Positions 1 to 14,089 of a stretch of DNA of 64,000 bases are shown piece by piece. The notes beneath the pieces were generated by a model. The model was given only the letters and a program-made list of their open reading frames with translations. It ran no database searches and was not told the origin of the DNA. The DNA comes from Carcharhinus amblyrhynchos (taxonomy: Eukaryota): positions 101,432,001-101,496,000 of the forward strand of contig OZ336870.1 of NCBI GenBank assembly GCA_965287045.1, given 5' to 3'. A program made the translations under genes and the position numbers. The first letter of the stretch is position 1; each line of letters starts with the position of its first letter.

Positions 1-149
1 TTTGCATAATATCGGACCTTATCAAACTGAAAGATCTCTGTTTAGTACAAAAAGAAATGCCTACTGCAATAACTGTTACGTCTGAGCTGTATATTCAAGT
101 TGGTGAATTGTTAGTTCTAGAACTTTGGAACATGCCTAAAGCAAAGTTA

Positions 150-535
150 TTATTTATAAAGACCTGAAATGCATGATCTCAGTCCATCCCAAAGCACTTC
201 GCAGGCTGATTATTTTGAAGTGCAATCAGTCTTTTATAGGCAAATCCAATTTTGCACAACAGAGCCAAGTAACAGCAAATGAGATGAGTGTTTGGATAAT
301 TCTTTTGGTAGTCTTATGAAGTAAATGTTGACCTGTATACTGCAAGAACTCATCTGCTGTTCTTTCAGATCTTCACGACCATATGTTTTCTCCAAAAGGC
401 AGCATATCTGGCGACACAATCCCTTCTCGGTGCCTTGCCTAAAGTGTCTGTCTAGATTATGTGATCCAAGTCCTGGAGTGGAACTTGAATCCAGAACCTT
501 TTGACTCTGCTGTAAGTGAGCACAAATCAGCTACC
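150..535 (-). mobile_element. Deu-domain SINE (SacSINE1/AmnSINE1-like), degenerate
   Basis: Reverse complement resembles the copies at 37860-38285 and 47085-47330 (GTTCAAGTCCCACTCCAG-like head; CATCCCAAAGCACTT tail region). Confidence 0.6.
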
Positions 536-769
536 TGCATTGCCCCACACTGCGTGAGTGCTTGTTCCTGCACCTCACTTGCTATTCCCGGTACCACAAG
601 CAGCACTGTAGGCAGATTTTAATTTTAGCTAAAGCTGAAATATGTTAAATTGTATTCAGACTGGAATCGGTAGAAAAATATCTTGTGGTAGTAATGAAAT
701 ACTTTCAGTACTTTGTGCCAAGATACTTTATTGCATTTGTGAGCTAACATATGAACATTTTATTTACAG

Positions 770-835
770 GATTCGAAAGCATCTTGGAAGGGCTTTATGG
801 ACCAAGGTTACTCAGAGACCTCAGTTTATTTGATG
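770..835 (+). CDS. LCORL: LCORL coding exon (equivalent to human exon 2), 66 bp
   Basis: tttacAG|GA TTC GAA...TTT GAT G|GTaaa; translates (G)[21 protein letters not shown], matching the recalled LCORL N-terminus [22 protein letters not shown]; phase 1/1. Confidence 0.93.
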
Positions 836-2207
836 GTAAAATGTTTGTTTTCTGAATATGGTCATAGGAAGACATTTCATTATGAACTTCAAATGAGTGA
901 TTATGGTGCAATGGAATTTGAGGAACTTTTGATATGGGTTTCAGTTAAAATTGAACTGAAACCTGCATAAAATATTTCAAAAATTTAAAATTCCATCAAA
1001 TGCTGCTCCTTTGAACAAGAATATATTCAGAATGAATTGACTTATTTTGTTCATCTCTAAGAAGAGCTATCTAACTTAGGCACTTGCGCTCCACTTAAAT
1101 TATGGTTCTAATTAGATTAAAATGTCCTATTTTTCTATTTTAAAATCCGCATCTTTGTCTTTGCCCTGCACTGTTCCTTAACTAGCCATTAAAAAGGGCA
1201 ATATACTGGGAATCCATTTATTGTGATGTATCCTGTTTCTTTATTATGCTGGCAGCTATATATTCTAAGTCCATAAATGATTTTGTACTTCTAGAAACCA
1301 ATTTCACATTTTTTAACAACTTTACCACCAGAAAAGTGTGAACTGGGATGTTTGTTTATGGGCAGTATTCATATTTTAAGGTACTGTGATTTGCAACATG
1401 GAACACACATTTCTACAATTCCCAACATTTCTATACCTTGTACATGTTGATTAATTTGCTACTTGTATCGAAAAATAATCTCTTAATTAAGCTTCTGCGT
1501 ATTTTACTACTTTCTAATAGCACTGAGAAATGTTGGCTTTTAAAATATGGAATACTCAATAAGTCAAAGCGCCACGTGGTGTACTAATCATAGCGGTCCC
1601 TAAGTATCAGGTTTAGTGTGTGGTCTCTTGAGTCAGCTGATATTAGCTGTAAAAGCAGTGGGCTACAGTTATCTAGTCACCTCTCCCTCAATTGAAGAGA
1701 GCAACAAAACTTTAGAAATGCTGATAGTCGTAAATAAAATTCTGAAACCAGGGACCAACCATTATTGCTACAGATTTTGGGAGTATTCAGTGGAGAACAT
1801 GATGCAATCGGTTCAAGAACAACCTGCAATATTGAACAAACAGTATATAAGTGTGTCAATTTACTACTGTATTTAAAGGCTCATATGGAGAAAAGCAAAT
1901 TTTGCTTTGGGTCCTTAAATTCTTGGAGAAAGTTAGAAATAAAGTTCCAGTCTCTTGCGCTAAGGTGAATGTTGGCAAGCACCAGCATTCTACTGGTACA
2001 GAAGAATTAGTGTGGTTTATTTTTCTTCCTCAAATCCTATTGATGATTGGAGCATATCAGTCAGGCAGATGACTTCATAACCCTTGTTATCTTGTGTGGC
2101 TGGTACTTAAGGCTAGCTAATTTTGTAACAGATGAAAGACAGCCCCAGGACTAGTGCCATTCCAATTTGTTATTTGGAACCAGAAAAGTCCTGTCACATG
2201 CGAGATT

Positions 2208-2397
2208 ACATTAAGAACATAAGAAGCAGGAGCAGGCCATCTAGCCCTTCGAGCCTGCCCCGCCATTCAGTAAGATCATGGCTGATCTGTCGTGGCTCAG
2301 TTCCACATTCCCGCCCTCTCCCCATAACCCTTAATCCCCTCGCTTATCAAAAACCCATCAACCCGCGTCTTAAAAATATTTAGCGAGGCAGCCTCCA
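2208..2397 (-). mobile_element. Young CR1 LINE 3' fragment
   Basis: Reverse complement nearly identical to 48336-48526 and 50195-50389; flanked by AGATT at 2203-2207 and 2398-2402 (likely target-site duplication). Confidence 0.9.
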
Positions 2398-3719
2398 AGA
2401 TTCTTGAGCCACTTGCTAGGGAAGTGTAATTACCTGTTCTAATGCATCTTTTATTTTTGGAATGTTTTCACCTAAATTGTTTGCAAACATGGTGAAAGAA
2501 GTCTTTTCCTTGCGATGGGAGCATCTGCAGACATCAGACATATATGTCACAGATGGATGTTTATCCATTATTCAGTGCTAGCACTTTGGACTCTGTTGAA
2601 GCTGTTTTCAGTTGTGCCAAACCCTACCCATTAGGATTCAATCTAGACACATGTAACCCTGCTGAGTTACCATATTCTAGTTATTATTCGCCATAACTGT
2701 CTGGGTTGGGGCTCCAACTGTGGGAATGTTACCACCAAGTCATAGGCTTTCTTCTACTTTCCAGGTTTTTTAAGTGGAAATCTGAAATGAGAGAAATGAC
2801 TGGAAATGCCTATCAGTCCAATCAACATATACAAAGAGAAACAGTATAGTCTTTCAGTTAATGAAGGGTCGACATTCAAAACAGATCCCTTTTTACACCT
2901 GCTGATTGACTTGAATCTAGCCTATATTAACAAAAAGCAATTGCAGCAGTGCAGAGTGAGACTGAATGGATGTGCACGCATCTGTCCACATCAGTCAGCA
3001 ACAGTTTGTTTTTATGTAGTTTTCTGAAGGATTGCAGAAATAAGCATGAAGTAAACTAGTAATGGAGTTATGGAGAAAGTAATTATTAGAGGTTGTGAAA
3101 AACCTGATTGAGAGGGTTCTTATTAGTATGTTAAAGATAAGAGGAGTGGAGAGGTTTAGGGAATGAGTTCTAAGAGCAAATAGCTGAATGTTTCTTTGGA
3201 AACTAGTCTGGGTGAGGAGAAAAGGCACAACTCAACATAATTTGAAAGGAGCTGGAGGAGATGGGATGCTGCAAGCTTATGGAAAGATTATAAAAAGAAG
3301 CCATGCCAAGTTCCCAAAGTGTAACTTGTAGATGGTGTGCAGATTAACTATGATATACTGGTGGTGGAGGGAGAGAATATTTTAAGTGGTGGATGAGGTA
3401 CTGCTCAAGTCGGCTGCTTTGTTCCGGATGGTTTTAAGGAGCATTATAAAAACGAAGAAAAGAGGAAGATTTAGTTAGGGAACTCCGGACCTTACACCCT
3501 GAAAACGCTGCTACCATTGATGGACTGATTTAAAATGGGAATGTGCAAGAGACGGGAATTGGAGGAGTGCAAAAATCATGGAGGGTGTTGGGGCTGGAAG
3601 AGGTTGGAGAGTTGGGGTGGCTAAACCGTGGAGGCAATCAAGGTTGGAAGTTTAGAAATTGAGACATTACTGGACTACGGTCAGTGTGAATCTGCAAGCA
3701 TTGCATATGAAGGCATGCA

Positions 3720-5040
3720 TGTGGGGATTTTGACCTTAACTCCACATTCTGTCTACCCCTTTGACTCCCTTTGTCAAGAATCTGTCTGCCTCCAACACTG
3801 AGTAAAGAAGAATTCTTTACAGACCCTCAAAAGAATTCTTCTCATCTCAATTTTAAATGAGAGGCCGCTTATTTTTAAACCGTGTCCCCTAGTTTGAGCC
3901 TCTCCCATAAAGGGAAGCATTCCATCAGCATCCACCTTGTCAAGTCCTCTCAGGATCTTCTATGTTTCAATAAGGTCACAGTTTAGTCTTCTAAATGCCA
4001 ATGGATACGGCCCAGCCGTTCGATCTTTTCTTGTAAGATAACTCATCCCACCCACAGTCAAGTGAACTACTTCTATTGTATTTGTATCCTATCTTAAAGA
4101 AGACACGGTACTCAGCTGTGGTCTCTCCAACGCCCTGTACACTGTAGCAAAGCATTCCATTCCCCTTATGTCAGGGACCCATTTGATTCTGTTGACTCTG
4201 TGGAGTTTGCGCATTCTCCCTGTGCCTGCATGGGTTTCTTTCCACAGTCCAAAGACCCAGAGCTCTCTATACTGTCAAGTTCTGCATTCTCTATTTAAAT
4301 AATATGTTGCTTTTCTATTTTTCTTGCCTGTGGACATGTTCACGTTTTCCCACATTATACCTACCAGATTTTTGCCCACTCAGTTAACCTGTCTATGTTC
4401 CTTTGCAGACTCCTTGTGCTGACTTTCACAATTTCTTACCTAACTTTGTGTCATCAGCAAATTCAGCAACTATGTTTGGTTCCTTTATCCAAGCTATTGA
4501 CATTCATTGTAAATAGTTGAGGTCTCAACATGAGGTTCCCTTGGCTGAAGTGCCCAAAACGAGAGGGCAAAGGTTTAAGGTGAGGAGTAAGTGATTTAGA
4601 GGGGATCTGAGGAAAATGTTTTTCATCCCCACGGTGTGGAAACATAGAACATGCCGCCTGAGAGGGTGGTGGAGGCAGGTACACACGCAACATTTAAGAA
4701 GCATCAGGATGAGCACTTAAAACTGCCAAGGCATAGTACGCTATGGTCCAACTGCTGGGAAATGGGATTAGTATAAATTGGTATTTTATGGTTGGCATAG
4801 ATATGATAGCTGAAAGGCCTGTTTCTTTGCTGTATGACCTGACACTGATCCCTGTGGCACTCTATCTTGGCAACTTGAAAAAAGAGTCTACTTTCTGCTT
4901 ACTGTTAGCTAACCAGTTTTCTCTCTGCTAATATGTTGCACTGAGAGTTCTTATTTTATACAGTAACCTTTAATGTGGCAACATGTCAAAAGCCTTCTGG
5001 GAGTGCAGCACATCCATTTTGTCCCCCTTATCCATATTGC
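3720..5040 (-). mobile_element. Old CR1 LINE fragments (minus strand) with a nested + strand CR1 3' end at ~4540-4840 and an HE1 piece at ~4170-4260
   Basis: Antisense RT motifs (GTCATCAGCAAATT = KFADD; AAAAGCCTTCTGG; ORF 4970..5275 ends in QKAFDMLPH). Confidence 0.75.
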
Positions 5041-5164
5041 TTGATATCATATGGAGTGAGTTGTATTGGCTGAAGACTGGCATCTGTGATGCGTGTTGCC
5101 TCAGGAGTAGCCCGAGGTGAATGATCCACTTGGCTTTTCTGACTGAAGATGCTTGCAAATGAAG

Positions 5165-5415
5165 ATGCTGTCTGTGTGGAGTTTGCACGTTCTCCTCGTG
5201 TCTGCGTGGGTTTCCCCTGGGTACTCCGGTTTCTTCCCACAGTCCAAAGATGTGCGGGTTAGGTTGATTGGCCATGCTAAGAAATTGTCCCTTAGTGTCC
5301 AGGGATGCGTAGCTTAGAGGGATTAGTGAGTATAATGTTTAGGGACATGGGAGTAAGGCCTGGGTGGGATTGTGTTCGGTGCAGACTCGATGAGCCGAAG
5401 AGCCTCTCTGCCATA
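5165..5415 (+). mobile_element. HE1/V-SINE-like SINE, 5'-truncated
   Basis: V-domain TGTGGAGTTTGCACGTTCTCCTCGTGTCTGCGTGGGTTTCC...CCCACAGTCCAAAGATGTGCGGGTTAGG. Confidence 0.85.
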
Positions 5416-5849
5416 CAGCATGATGGACGGTTCGCCCCTTGTGAGGACACTTCCTCCAATACTGACATGGGCAGATGCCCCCCTCGCCCGCTGTCTACCG
5501 CAAGCCTGATCTAGCAGATGTATGCTTTGGATTTAGCTGGCTGATGGTGCTCCTACTGCGCCACTCTTGAATGGGGACATTGAAGCCGCCCTGTCCCAAT
5601 CCAGAGGACGTTGGTGCCATTGCCACCATCCATGCTTCTAGTGTTCATAATGAGGAATGGTGATGGAGAAATCTGAGATATCGGATGTAGGTTATGATTT
5701 GTATCAGGCTGTTTAAGTCTGGGACAGCTCTCCCAATTCTGATGCAAGTTCATAATTAGTGAGGATGTTAAAAGGCTATAAAAACAGGCTGTGCCTTTAT
5801 TTTTGGTGTCTTAAGTCCAGTTTTATTCTTTGACTTTCCTGTAATGGTT

Positions 5850-6125
5850 TGCTACAACAGAGTGGTTTCCTTGGCTATTTCAGAGGATAATTAAGAAACA
5901 ACCACATTGCTATGGGTCTGAAATCGTAAACCAGACTAGGTAAGGATTACAGATTTCTTTCCCTAAAGGACAATAGTGAACCAGATGTGTTCTTATTAAA
6001 TTTCAAGTGTTTGGTGGTGACCATTACTGACGCTAGTTTCTTTTAACTTCTAATTGTGTACATTAATTAAATTCCAATCAAAGCCTTTGCATTATTTGTC
6101 CAGTAACAGTACCACTATGCAACCT
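5850..6125 (-). mobile_element. tRNA-headed SINE (family also at 29665, 49893, 52320)
   Basis: CAACCACATTGCT..GGGTCTG..CCTAAAGGACA.TAGTGAACCAGATG core shared with three other copies in the window. Confidence 0.75.
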
Positions 6126-6743
6126 TTCCATCTTGCACGTAACATTTTAATCCCTTAAATTATTCTGGTGAATTGAAATTCTAAAAGCAATACCTCCTTC
6201 CTGAGATGAATAATAGGAACTGAATGCAATTCTTCAGATACAGTCTAGTTAGAACCTCATATAACTGCAGCATAACATCTTCCAAATTCCATTAATCTAT
6301 TTTTTTGTCTTCATAATGAAGATCATCTAAACCACTGGGCTTTAAATTGACCATGAGGCTTAATACTTCCTAAACCTCTACTCCTTCCTTGTTATATCTC
6401 TACTCTTTCCTGCATAGGAAGTTTCACTTACCAGCTCAACCTCAGCCTTAGAGAGATCGCTTTGTATTTCATCATGAATTGCCTTCTTGACACTTAACTG
6501 GCTAGGAAATGGAGGTATAGTTGCACATATATCATAGTTCTGTAATAAATAAGCCTACAATATTTGCACAATGTGCATGCCCTGTTTTAATTGAAGCTAG
6601 TAACATAATGTAGTTTGAATTTTAGTCCATTGGTTCAGGTGTGCTCTTGACTGAATTGATTTTCAGAATATGATTGATTTTAAAGAGTGAAAATTTTAAA
6701 GAAATTGCCCCTTCCCTCTTCCCATTAATGTGGTTGACCTCTG

Positions 6744-6788
6744 TGTGGTAGGTAATCTTCTGTTTGTGGTAGGTAATCTTCTGTTTGT
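6744..6788. repeat. Perfect 21-bp tandem duplication
   Basis: TGTGGTAGGTAATCTTCTGTT x2 followed by TGT. Confidence 0.95.
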
Positions 6789-7074
6789 CTAGATTTAGGT
6801 CCAATAAAGACTGAAACTATTGTCTTCTGAACAACCTACAAATTCTCTTCCTGGCTATCAACTCCATTTCTTTAATCTGGCAACTGTCTGTCTGAACCAA
6901 CCTTTTCATGACCTTCATATTTCACCCTAGATGTGCTTCCATTCAGCATCAATAAGATTGTCTATTTCCACATCCTATGTAGCCTTACTCTGCCCTTATC
7001 TCTGCTTATCTGCTGAAACTATCTATATCTTTGTTAGCTCATTGATTATTAAAAATGCACGTTTGTGTGACCTT

Positions 7075-7270
7075 TGACATTGGCTGAATGGCTGGTTAAT
7101 GATGCCAGCGTCACAGGTTCAATTCCCTACCAGTTGAGATTATTCGTGAAGACTCGCCTTCTCAACTTTGCCCCTCACCTGAGTTGTGGTGATCTTCAGG
7201 TTAAATCACCACCAGTCAGCCCTTCCCCTGGAAGGAGAGAGCTGCCTATGGTCATCAAGGTGACTTAACT
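7075..7270 (+). mobile_element. Short tRNA-derived SINE
   Basis: B-box-like GGTTCAATTCC followed by GTGGTGATCTTCAGGTTAAATCACCACCAGTCAGC body. Confidence 0.6.
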
Positions 7271-7609
7271 CCCCATAAACCTGAGGTCACCAAATCTCTG
7301 TTCTCTGTTACATTTAAAAATCCAATATAAGTACAACTTATTTTATGTAATGTGGGAAGTTATTCAGTACTGATCCTGCTGCGTTGCCATTTAAATTTTT
7401 TTCATACTTTTAATCAAACGTTTTGTTGGTCAGTTCTGCCCATGTTGCCTACATATAGGTATAAATAAAAATATTAAAATTTTGTCTTTGTTATTTGAAT
7501 GCATCCTCTACCTACAATGTGCCACCAATTAGCACTACGTATCTGATCCTGGAGGACATATTGTGAGTAGTTTTACAGTTGATGTTGCCCTGGGAACAAA
7601 TGGATGTTT

Positions 7610-7631
7610 TGTGTGTGTGTGTATTATATGT

Positions 7632-7667
<36 letters not shown>

Positions 7668-7680
7668 TGTGTGTATAACA
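7610..7680. repeat. Compound (GT)n-(TA)-(CA)n-(GT)n microsatellite, quasi-palindromic
   Basis: GTGTGTGTGTGT..TGTTATATACACAC...ACACGTGTGTGTGTATAACA read directly. Confidence 0.95.
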
Positions 7681-7787
7681 CCTATATACATGAGAAATTT
7701 TAGAATCTTAAATTGTATCCTTTGTGACTTTGCCACTAGAAATTTGGAATTGATGCTACAATATTTGATTTCCAATGATGTGTAATC

Positions 7788-7827
7788 TAATGGCCTACTC
7801 CTGCTCCTATTTCTTATGTTCTTATGT
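7788..7827 (+). mobile_element. Extremely 5'-truncated CR1 tail (~40 bp)
   Basis: ATGGCCTACTCCTGCTCCTATTTCTTATGTTCTTATG, identical to the 3' end of the copy at 48490-48526. Confidence 0.85.
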
Positions 7828-9244
7828 TAATTTTTATTGTTACTAAAATTCTAGCATGAGAAATTGCAATGATGATTGCTTTGCTTTCATCCAGAAGGAT
7901 TAATAAACTCTGATACCTCATGGTGAGGTCACACCACCTTTGATACAAAAACTGAGAAAACAATATTCTGATTCATAGCAATGTGCTCCAATGTAGTCTG
8001 AGGATTGCATGTTACAACTCTGCATAGGTGATTTGCCTTCCCCTATATTCACATATCACCACACAAATCAATTGTGAAATTCTCCATTCTCATTGCTAGA
8101 AGAAATTCTTTGTGGAACTAAAGCAAATAAAACAGGTAAACGTTTTCTGCTTTTACATTGGGAATGTCTTACAAATTGAAAGAACATAAACTTTTGGAAT
8201 TGATCTTGCATTTGAGATCCAACATGAGATTTTTAAAAATTGCAGCAGCTTCATTGTTGCTTGGATACATTTCAGAAGATATTGTCTTGGAGGGGTTCCA
8301 TATTGTTACCAAACATGGTTTGCATTTACTTAGATAATAAATGATTTGCAATTAGCCCGGATTGTTCTTTAACTTGTGTTTCGTAGCGAGCTGCCTGCTT
8401 CCTTCAGAATACCAAGTTTAATTCAATGGCACACTGGAGCAGTGCAATTAAGTACTATTGAATTTTGTGTCAACCTCTGAAGCCTCAAAATCCCTCCTAA
8501 AATGAGGTCAGCCGCCTTTTGAGAGATTGCTATTCACCACGCAGGATCCGCTCTGTGGGTGTGCCTTAAATTCCTGTGCATTTTCACTTTCTTGATCTCT
8601 TGCACCCAATTATAAGATCTTGTTTAGTAAAACATCCATTTGTAGGGTGAAAGATTGAGGCTGACTGCTAATGTGAGTATAGCATATTGTGGCTGACAGG
8701 TGGCAGGAAGGTTGGGTGGATAGTGTCCGTCATAACAAAGTGTATGCAGAAGCATTTTTGGGTTGAAAAAAGGGGTTGCCTTCAATGTCAGGTCAACTTG
8801 TATGCCACAATCTATGGTAAACAAGGTGTCTAACTTATTCCAGTGTTCTGCTCTCATCAAAGAATTAAATATTGAGCCATTTCCCTTATCTGTCTAGTTT
8901 TGCAGAAATTAATGGTCTGAAATTTCCTGGAATGCCGTGTCATTGTGGATGTTATCATTTTAGATTCTCAAAGCTTATTTCAGGTAGTGGGACCAGTTAG
9001 ATGTTGTACCAAAGCATAGTCCCAATAAAGTGACACAAATTTTAGTGATTTGCACCATTTCATACAATGGCAAGAGTTCCACCTGGGCTTCCCAATGGAG
9101 ACGCCTGTGGAACCAGGGCATCCTGATCTTTGTGCCCCTGTTAGGAGGCACGGTGCCTGTGGTTAGGCACAGTTGTTCAGCTAACGTTCTCCCAATCACC
9201 TGCATTAATCAGCCAAATAAAGTTGCAAAGAATGTCTTAAGCAT

Positions 9245-10380
9245 TAGAAACATAATGGATAGTAGCAGGAGGAAGCCATTTGGCCTTTTGATCCTGCTCC
9301 GCCATTCATCACAATCGTGGCTGACTATCCAACCCTGCTTTCTCCCCATAACCTTTGATCCCATTCGCCACAAGTGCTATATCTGGCCGCCTCTTGAATA
9401 CATTGTGTTTTGGCATCAACTCTTCCCTGTGGTAAGAGGATTATTATTTAAAGGGCGAAAAGCTGCAGCATGCTACGGTGCAGAAGGACCTGGGGGTCCT
9501 TGTGCACGAATCGCAAAAACCCAGCCTGCAGGTGCAGCAGGTGATCAAGAAGGCGAATGGAATGTTGGTCTTTATAGCGAGGGGGATTGAATATAAAAGC
9601 AAGGAGGTCTTGCTGCAGCTGTACAGGGCACTGGTGAGGCCGCAACTGGAGTATTGTGTGCAGCTTCGGTCACCGCATTTGCGCAAGGATATATTGGCCT
9701 TGGAGGAAGTGCAGAGAAGGTTTGCTAGGCTGATACTGGAGATGAGGGGGTTAGCCTATGAGGAGAGATTGAATAGTCCGGGTCTGTACTCATTGGGAGT
9801 TTAGAAGGCTGAGGGGAGATTTTATGGAGACGTATAAGATAGGGTAGAGGTAGAGAGATTCTTCCTGCTTAGAAAGGATAGCAGAACTAGAAGGCACAGC
9901 CTCAAAGTAAGTGGGGAGGGGTGTCAGTTTAGATCAGAGTTGAGGGGAAACTTGAGGAGGGTAGAGAGTCTCTGGAATTCTCTGCCCGTTGAAGCGGTGG
10001 AAGCTACCTCACTGAATATATTTAAGTCATGAGTAGATAGGTTTCTGATAGACAAGGGAATTAAGGGTTATGGGGAGAAAGTGGGAAAGTGGAACTGATC
10101 CACTTCAGATCAGCCATGATCTTGTTGAATGGTGGGGCAGGCTAGATGGCCTATTCCTGCTCCTATTTCTTATGTTCTTATGTAATGACTTCCAGAGGCT
10201 CACCACTCTTTTTTTTGGGTGAACAAATGTCCCCTCATCTCCATCCAAAATGGTCTATCCTGAATCCTCAGACTATAACCCCTGGTTCTGGACTCTCCCG
10301 CTGTCGGGAACGTCCTCCCCGCATTTACCCCATATAGTCCTGTTAGAATTTTATAAGTCTGCATGAGATTCTGCCTCATT
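9245..10380 (-). mobile_element. Older CR1 3' end (9245-9435 and 10182-10380), split by a younger CR1
   Basis: Host reads continuously across the insert: ...CCCTGTGGTAA / GTAATGACTTCCAGAGGCTCACCACTCT. Confidence 0.8.
9436..10181 (+). mobile_element. Young 5'-truncated CR1 LINE (RT C-terminus and 3'UTR)
   Basis: ORF 9478..9804 KDLGVLVHES...LQLYRALVRPQLEYCVQ; TTCTTATG tail; GTAA duplicated at both junctions. Confidence 0.93.
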
Positions 10381-11898
10381 AAGCCGTGGATTGATCATCT
10401 TGGGACTGTAAACCCAAGGAATGCAGTGCAAGACAACACTACAACAAGCCATTGAATTTTTAATGAACAGAAAAAAAAAGCTCGTAATCATCAAATAGCA
10501 AGTTGTGTTGTAAACTTTTGCCCTGACGACTCCATCCTGAAAACTTCAAGAAGGTCGAACAGTTATAAAGTAGGTAGATATGATGAGGTCTACATGCCTC
10601 AGCACCCAGCTACATTCTTGGACAGCAGTCCTGAGAATGACCTATTAACGATGCACTGGCTGCATTTAAGCATTGTCAAAAAATGGCCATGGTATAAAGA
10701 GACAGTATTAGTGACAAGTTAGTTAATTATCAGGATGTACGTAGTTATTGTGCCCAAGTGAAAGGTTTCCTATGACAGCATTGTAAAAGTACACGTTTTA
10801 CTGATTTTTTGTTTAAATGCAACAAATGGGTCTGACTTCAATCCACCCAAAAACAGCATAAAAATGCAAAGTGCAACCATTCACTCACTATTTGCAATGC
10901 TGTGTTCAAAAGTGTGGTTGAGGGTAAGAAGGAGCAAGAGGAAGTAGCCTCTACCGGCAGGAATTCTGTTCTCTGGTGACATCACAATTCATCTCTAGGC
11001 CTGGGTGAGCCTTGTACCCATTTTTACTGAGCTACAAGTCTGACATACTGATGGGGATTAGTTGACAGCCTAATGCCATTCCAAAACAGCATAGGGTAGA
11101 GTTGTTTTTGGCTCCCTATAGCCATCTCTTGCAATAGAGCTGCTGATGTAGGGATGAGCCCTGAATTGCCTGGTCTCATTTGTATGACTGACAGAGTCTT
11201 GGAAAGAAGCCATGGCCTCGGAAGTGCTGCCCTTTGAACTTCATTTGCACGTCTCTGTGATCAAGTTAAATCATTTTAAGAATAGAGCAGATACTTAACC
11301 AGACTTGACTTACAAAGGCCTTTGTTCTGAACTTTCCAATCTTGTGATTGGTAACCAGAGCAAGTTATTTGCTGCATCACTGAGGTTGTCTGCCATAAAC
11401 TTGGTGTGATGAATCAACATGCATCAAGACTTCCTGGAAAAATCATTTTAATAACTGGAAGATTGGAAAGCTCAGTTACATGATTTTGCAGTATAAGTTG
11501 CACATTTTGCTGTTTTCTGGAAAGTCTAGTGCACTGACTTTCCTTTGTTTTCTAAGAATAATTGTACTGCTATCCATCTGATTTGTAGGAATGAATGATT
11601 AGTAAAGGGCTTTATGCAGTACCTAAAATGCCATTCACACCTCATGTCTCAAGATTATTCACTGTAAAACTCTCAGTCATTAACTTTAACTGTATGTTGG
11701 TTGTATAGAAGATCTCTTGCATTTGAAAAATACATTTTAAAACATAACTATATTGAATATAAAATTGTGCTGTAGGACTATCATTTCAGTCTTTGTGCCC
11801 AAATAATTCTATCTGTTAGTTTTTTGTAGTTACAAAAAATATATTTGATTTGTGCTGTATAGTAGATTAAAATGTTTCTGCACTTGTTTTATTTGAAG

Positions 11899-11978
11899 AC
11901 TGTGAACCAGAAGAAGTGACTGACTGGTCTATGAATGAAAACTGTTCATTTTGCTGCATAAGAAGAGAAAAAGTCAAG
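11899..11978 (+). CDS. LCORL: LCORL coding exon 3, 80 bp
   Basis: atttgaAG|AC TGT GAA...GTC AAG|GTaagt; (D)[26 protein letters not shown] vs recalled human DCEPEELTDWSMDEKCSFC; phase continues from exon 2. Confidence 0.93.
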
Positions 11979-12149
11979 GTAAGTCCAAAAACTACATAAG
12001 TGACTTGTTAAAATAATAGCTTTAGCTATCTCCTTTATTTATCTTATTTTAATCAGACATACACCTATATCTTGAGGTTAGATCTTTTTAATTTAAAATA
12101 ATACCGCACAAAATTCAGTTCCAATTTTTAATCCAGCCAATTGAGAAAC

Positions 12150-12860
12150 ATTAAGAATATAAGAATTAAGAGCAAGAGTAGGCCATTTCAGCCCTTTGAG
12201 CCTTCTGTGCCATCCAATGTGATCATGGCTGACCTGATTGTGGCCTTTCCTGTCTGTATACAATCCTTGAACAAAAATCTAACTCAACCTTGAATATATT
12301 CAATGACTCAAGCTCCACTGTTCTTCCTGCCAACGTGGGTGTGTTCACATTTTCTCACACTATACTCCATCTGCCAAATTTTTACTCACTGATTTAATCT
12401 ATCTGAATCCTGGTTCTTAAGTCCTCTTGTCAGCTTAATTTTCCACCTATCATTGTGCCCTCTGCTACCATACTTTTGGTCCCTACACACACACATTTGA
12501 CACAGGTTGTAAACAGTTGAGGATCCAGCACTGATCACAGTGGTGCTCCATACACTACATCTTGCCAACCTGCAAATAATTTATCCCTAGCCTCTGCTTC
12601 CTATAGTTAACCAATCCCCTAACCATGCTAACATTGTACCCTGCCTGCCCCTTATCCATGTTTTGTTTGTTACGTTCTGAAAGAACGCGAATAGATTCAT
12701 CAAACACTATATTTCCCTTCCACATAATTGGGCAGAATCAATATGATTTAATTATGACTTCCTAAATATCCTGCTATTAACTCCTTAATAATGGATTCTA
12801 GCCTTTTCTCTGAGAAATATTAGGCTAGCTGGCCTGTCGTTCCTGCTTTCTGTCTTTCTT
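12150..12860 (-). mobile_element. Old CR1 LINE fragments
   Basis: TAAGAATATAAGAATTAAGAGCAAGAGTAGGCCATT antisense tail; ATACTCCATCTGCCAAATTTT (antisense WQMEY). Confidence 0.75.
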
Positions 12861-14089
12861 GAACAACGTTTGACAGAAATAGTTAGACATGACAGCGACA
12901 ATACACTTTGCTTGGCAGTGGGTTTTCCAGAGATTGTAAATGTGCTGCAGAATCTTTTGTGCGTGCACATCAGGCAGAAACTTTAGTTGAATGGTACAGC
13001 TGGAGCTAATTTGTAGAATCATAAGCAAAAGATGTGCATTTATTATCCATTTTGACATATTTGGCCTTTCCCATTTCCATTGAGATGCCATTTTTGAAGA
13101 ACAGGTGAGATTTATGTCACGCAGTAGAAAAACTTGTTAGATTCAATATTGAATTCTTTTGAAATTCATTCTACCATTTGAGAATGATGAGTTAATCTAA
13201 ATTCAAGGATCTCAGCTTGAATATGCTAGCCATGGAGTTTTAGATTTCTCAAAACTACTGTGAACTTGTAGCTTATGGCCTGCTCCACTCTGACCTCAAA
13301 CTAATTCACAAGCTTGCCTAATGCAATAGTGAAGGTGAGAATTTCAGCTCCCAAGAAGTGATTTCCCTCATAGGGTATGCTTCTGTGTGGCCTTGCTGGA
13401 TGCTGTAGTAAGAGTGTGAAGGACATGCGAAGATCAAGTGGTTCTGTGACTGGAAGCTGTACCCACACAATCTGTCAAAACCAAGCTGTTCTGGTGTCTG
13501 TGATGTTTTAAAAAGTCAAATGAAAATCATAGTTTATGTCAGATTAATTTGTTTATAAATATTTAACAATCATAACTTTTTTTAAGTTGGATGAAAGGCA
13601 TCTAAATGTGATATGGTGAAACATTTTAAGTCTTAAATCCTGTTTAAAATACCATTTACGTTAAAACATTTTATGAAGTCAAGCCAAATCTTGTTAGCTG
13701 CCTTTCAACATTGAAAAGTCTGGTCAAGAGTTGAAAAATCTGTCCCACAGCTGTCCTGGGATTTTCTGGTGGCAGTGTCCTTGAATATTTGTGAAGTGCG
13801 AGAATGCATGAAGTAACACCTTTAAAAAGTATATATATTTTTGACAAAGTAACTTGTTAGTGGGCATCAGTGCAAATGCTCATTACTGCTGTCTTGTTTT
13901 GATGCTCAGGTTAGTGAGTGATACAGCATAATCTCCACTGCAGCAAAGATAGGCTCACTGTAATTTCTGGGTTTGCGCTCTGCTTTGCTGCATGCTACAT
14001 AAGTTCTTGGGACTTCTTATTGTGCAATCGTGATGATCACTGAAAGCATCACCATCATTGCCTCTGCAAATTTGGGACTTTGGTTTTGA

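Noticed and set aside
9030-9590. 186-aa ORF
   Set aside because: Chance read-through across several repeat fragments and a CR1 junction
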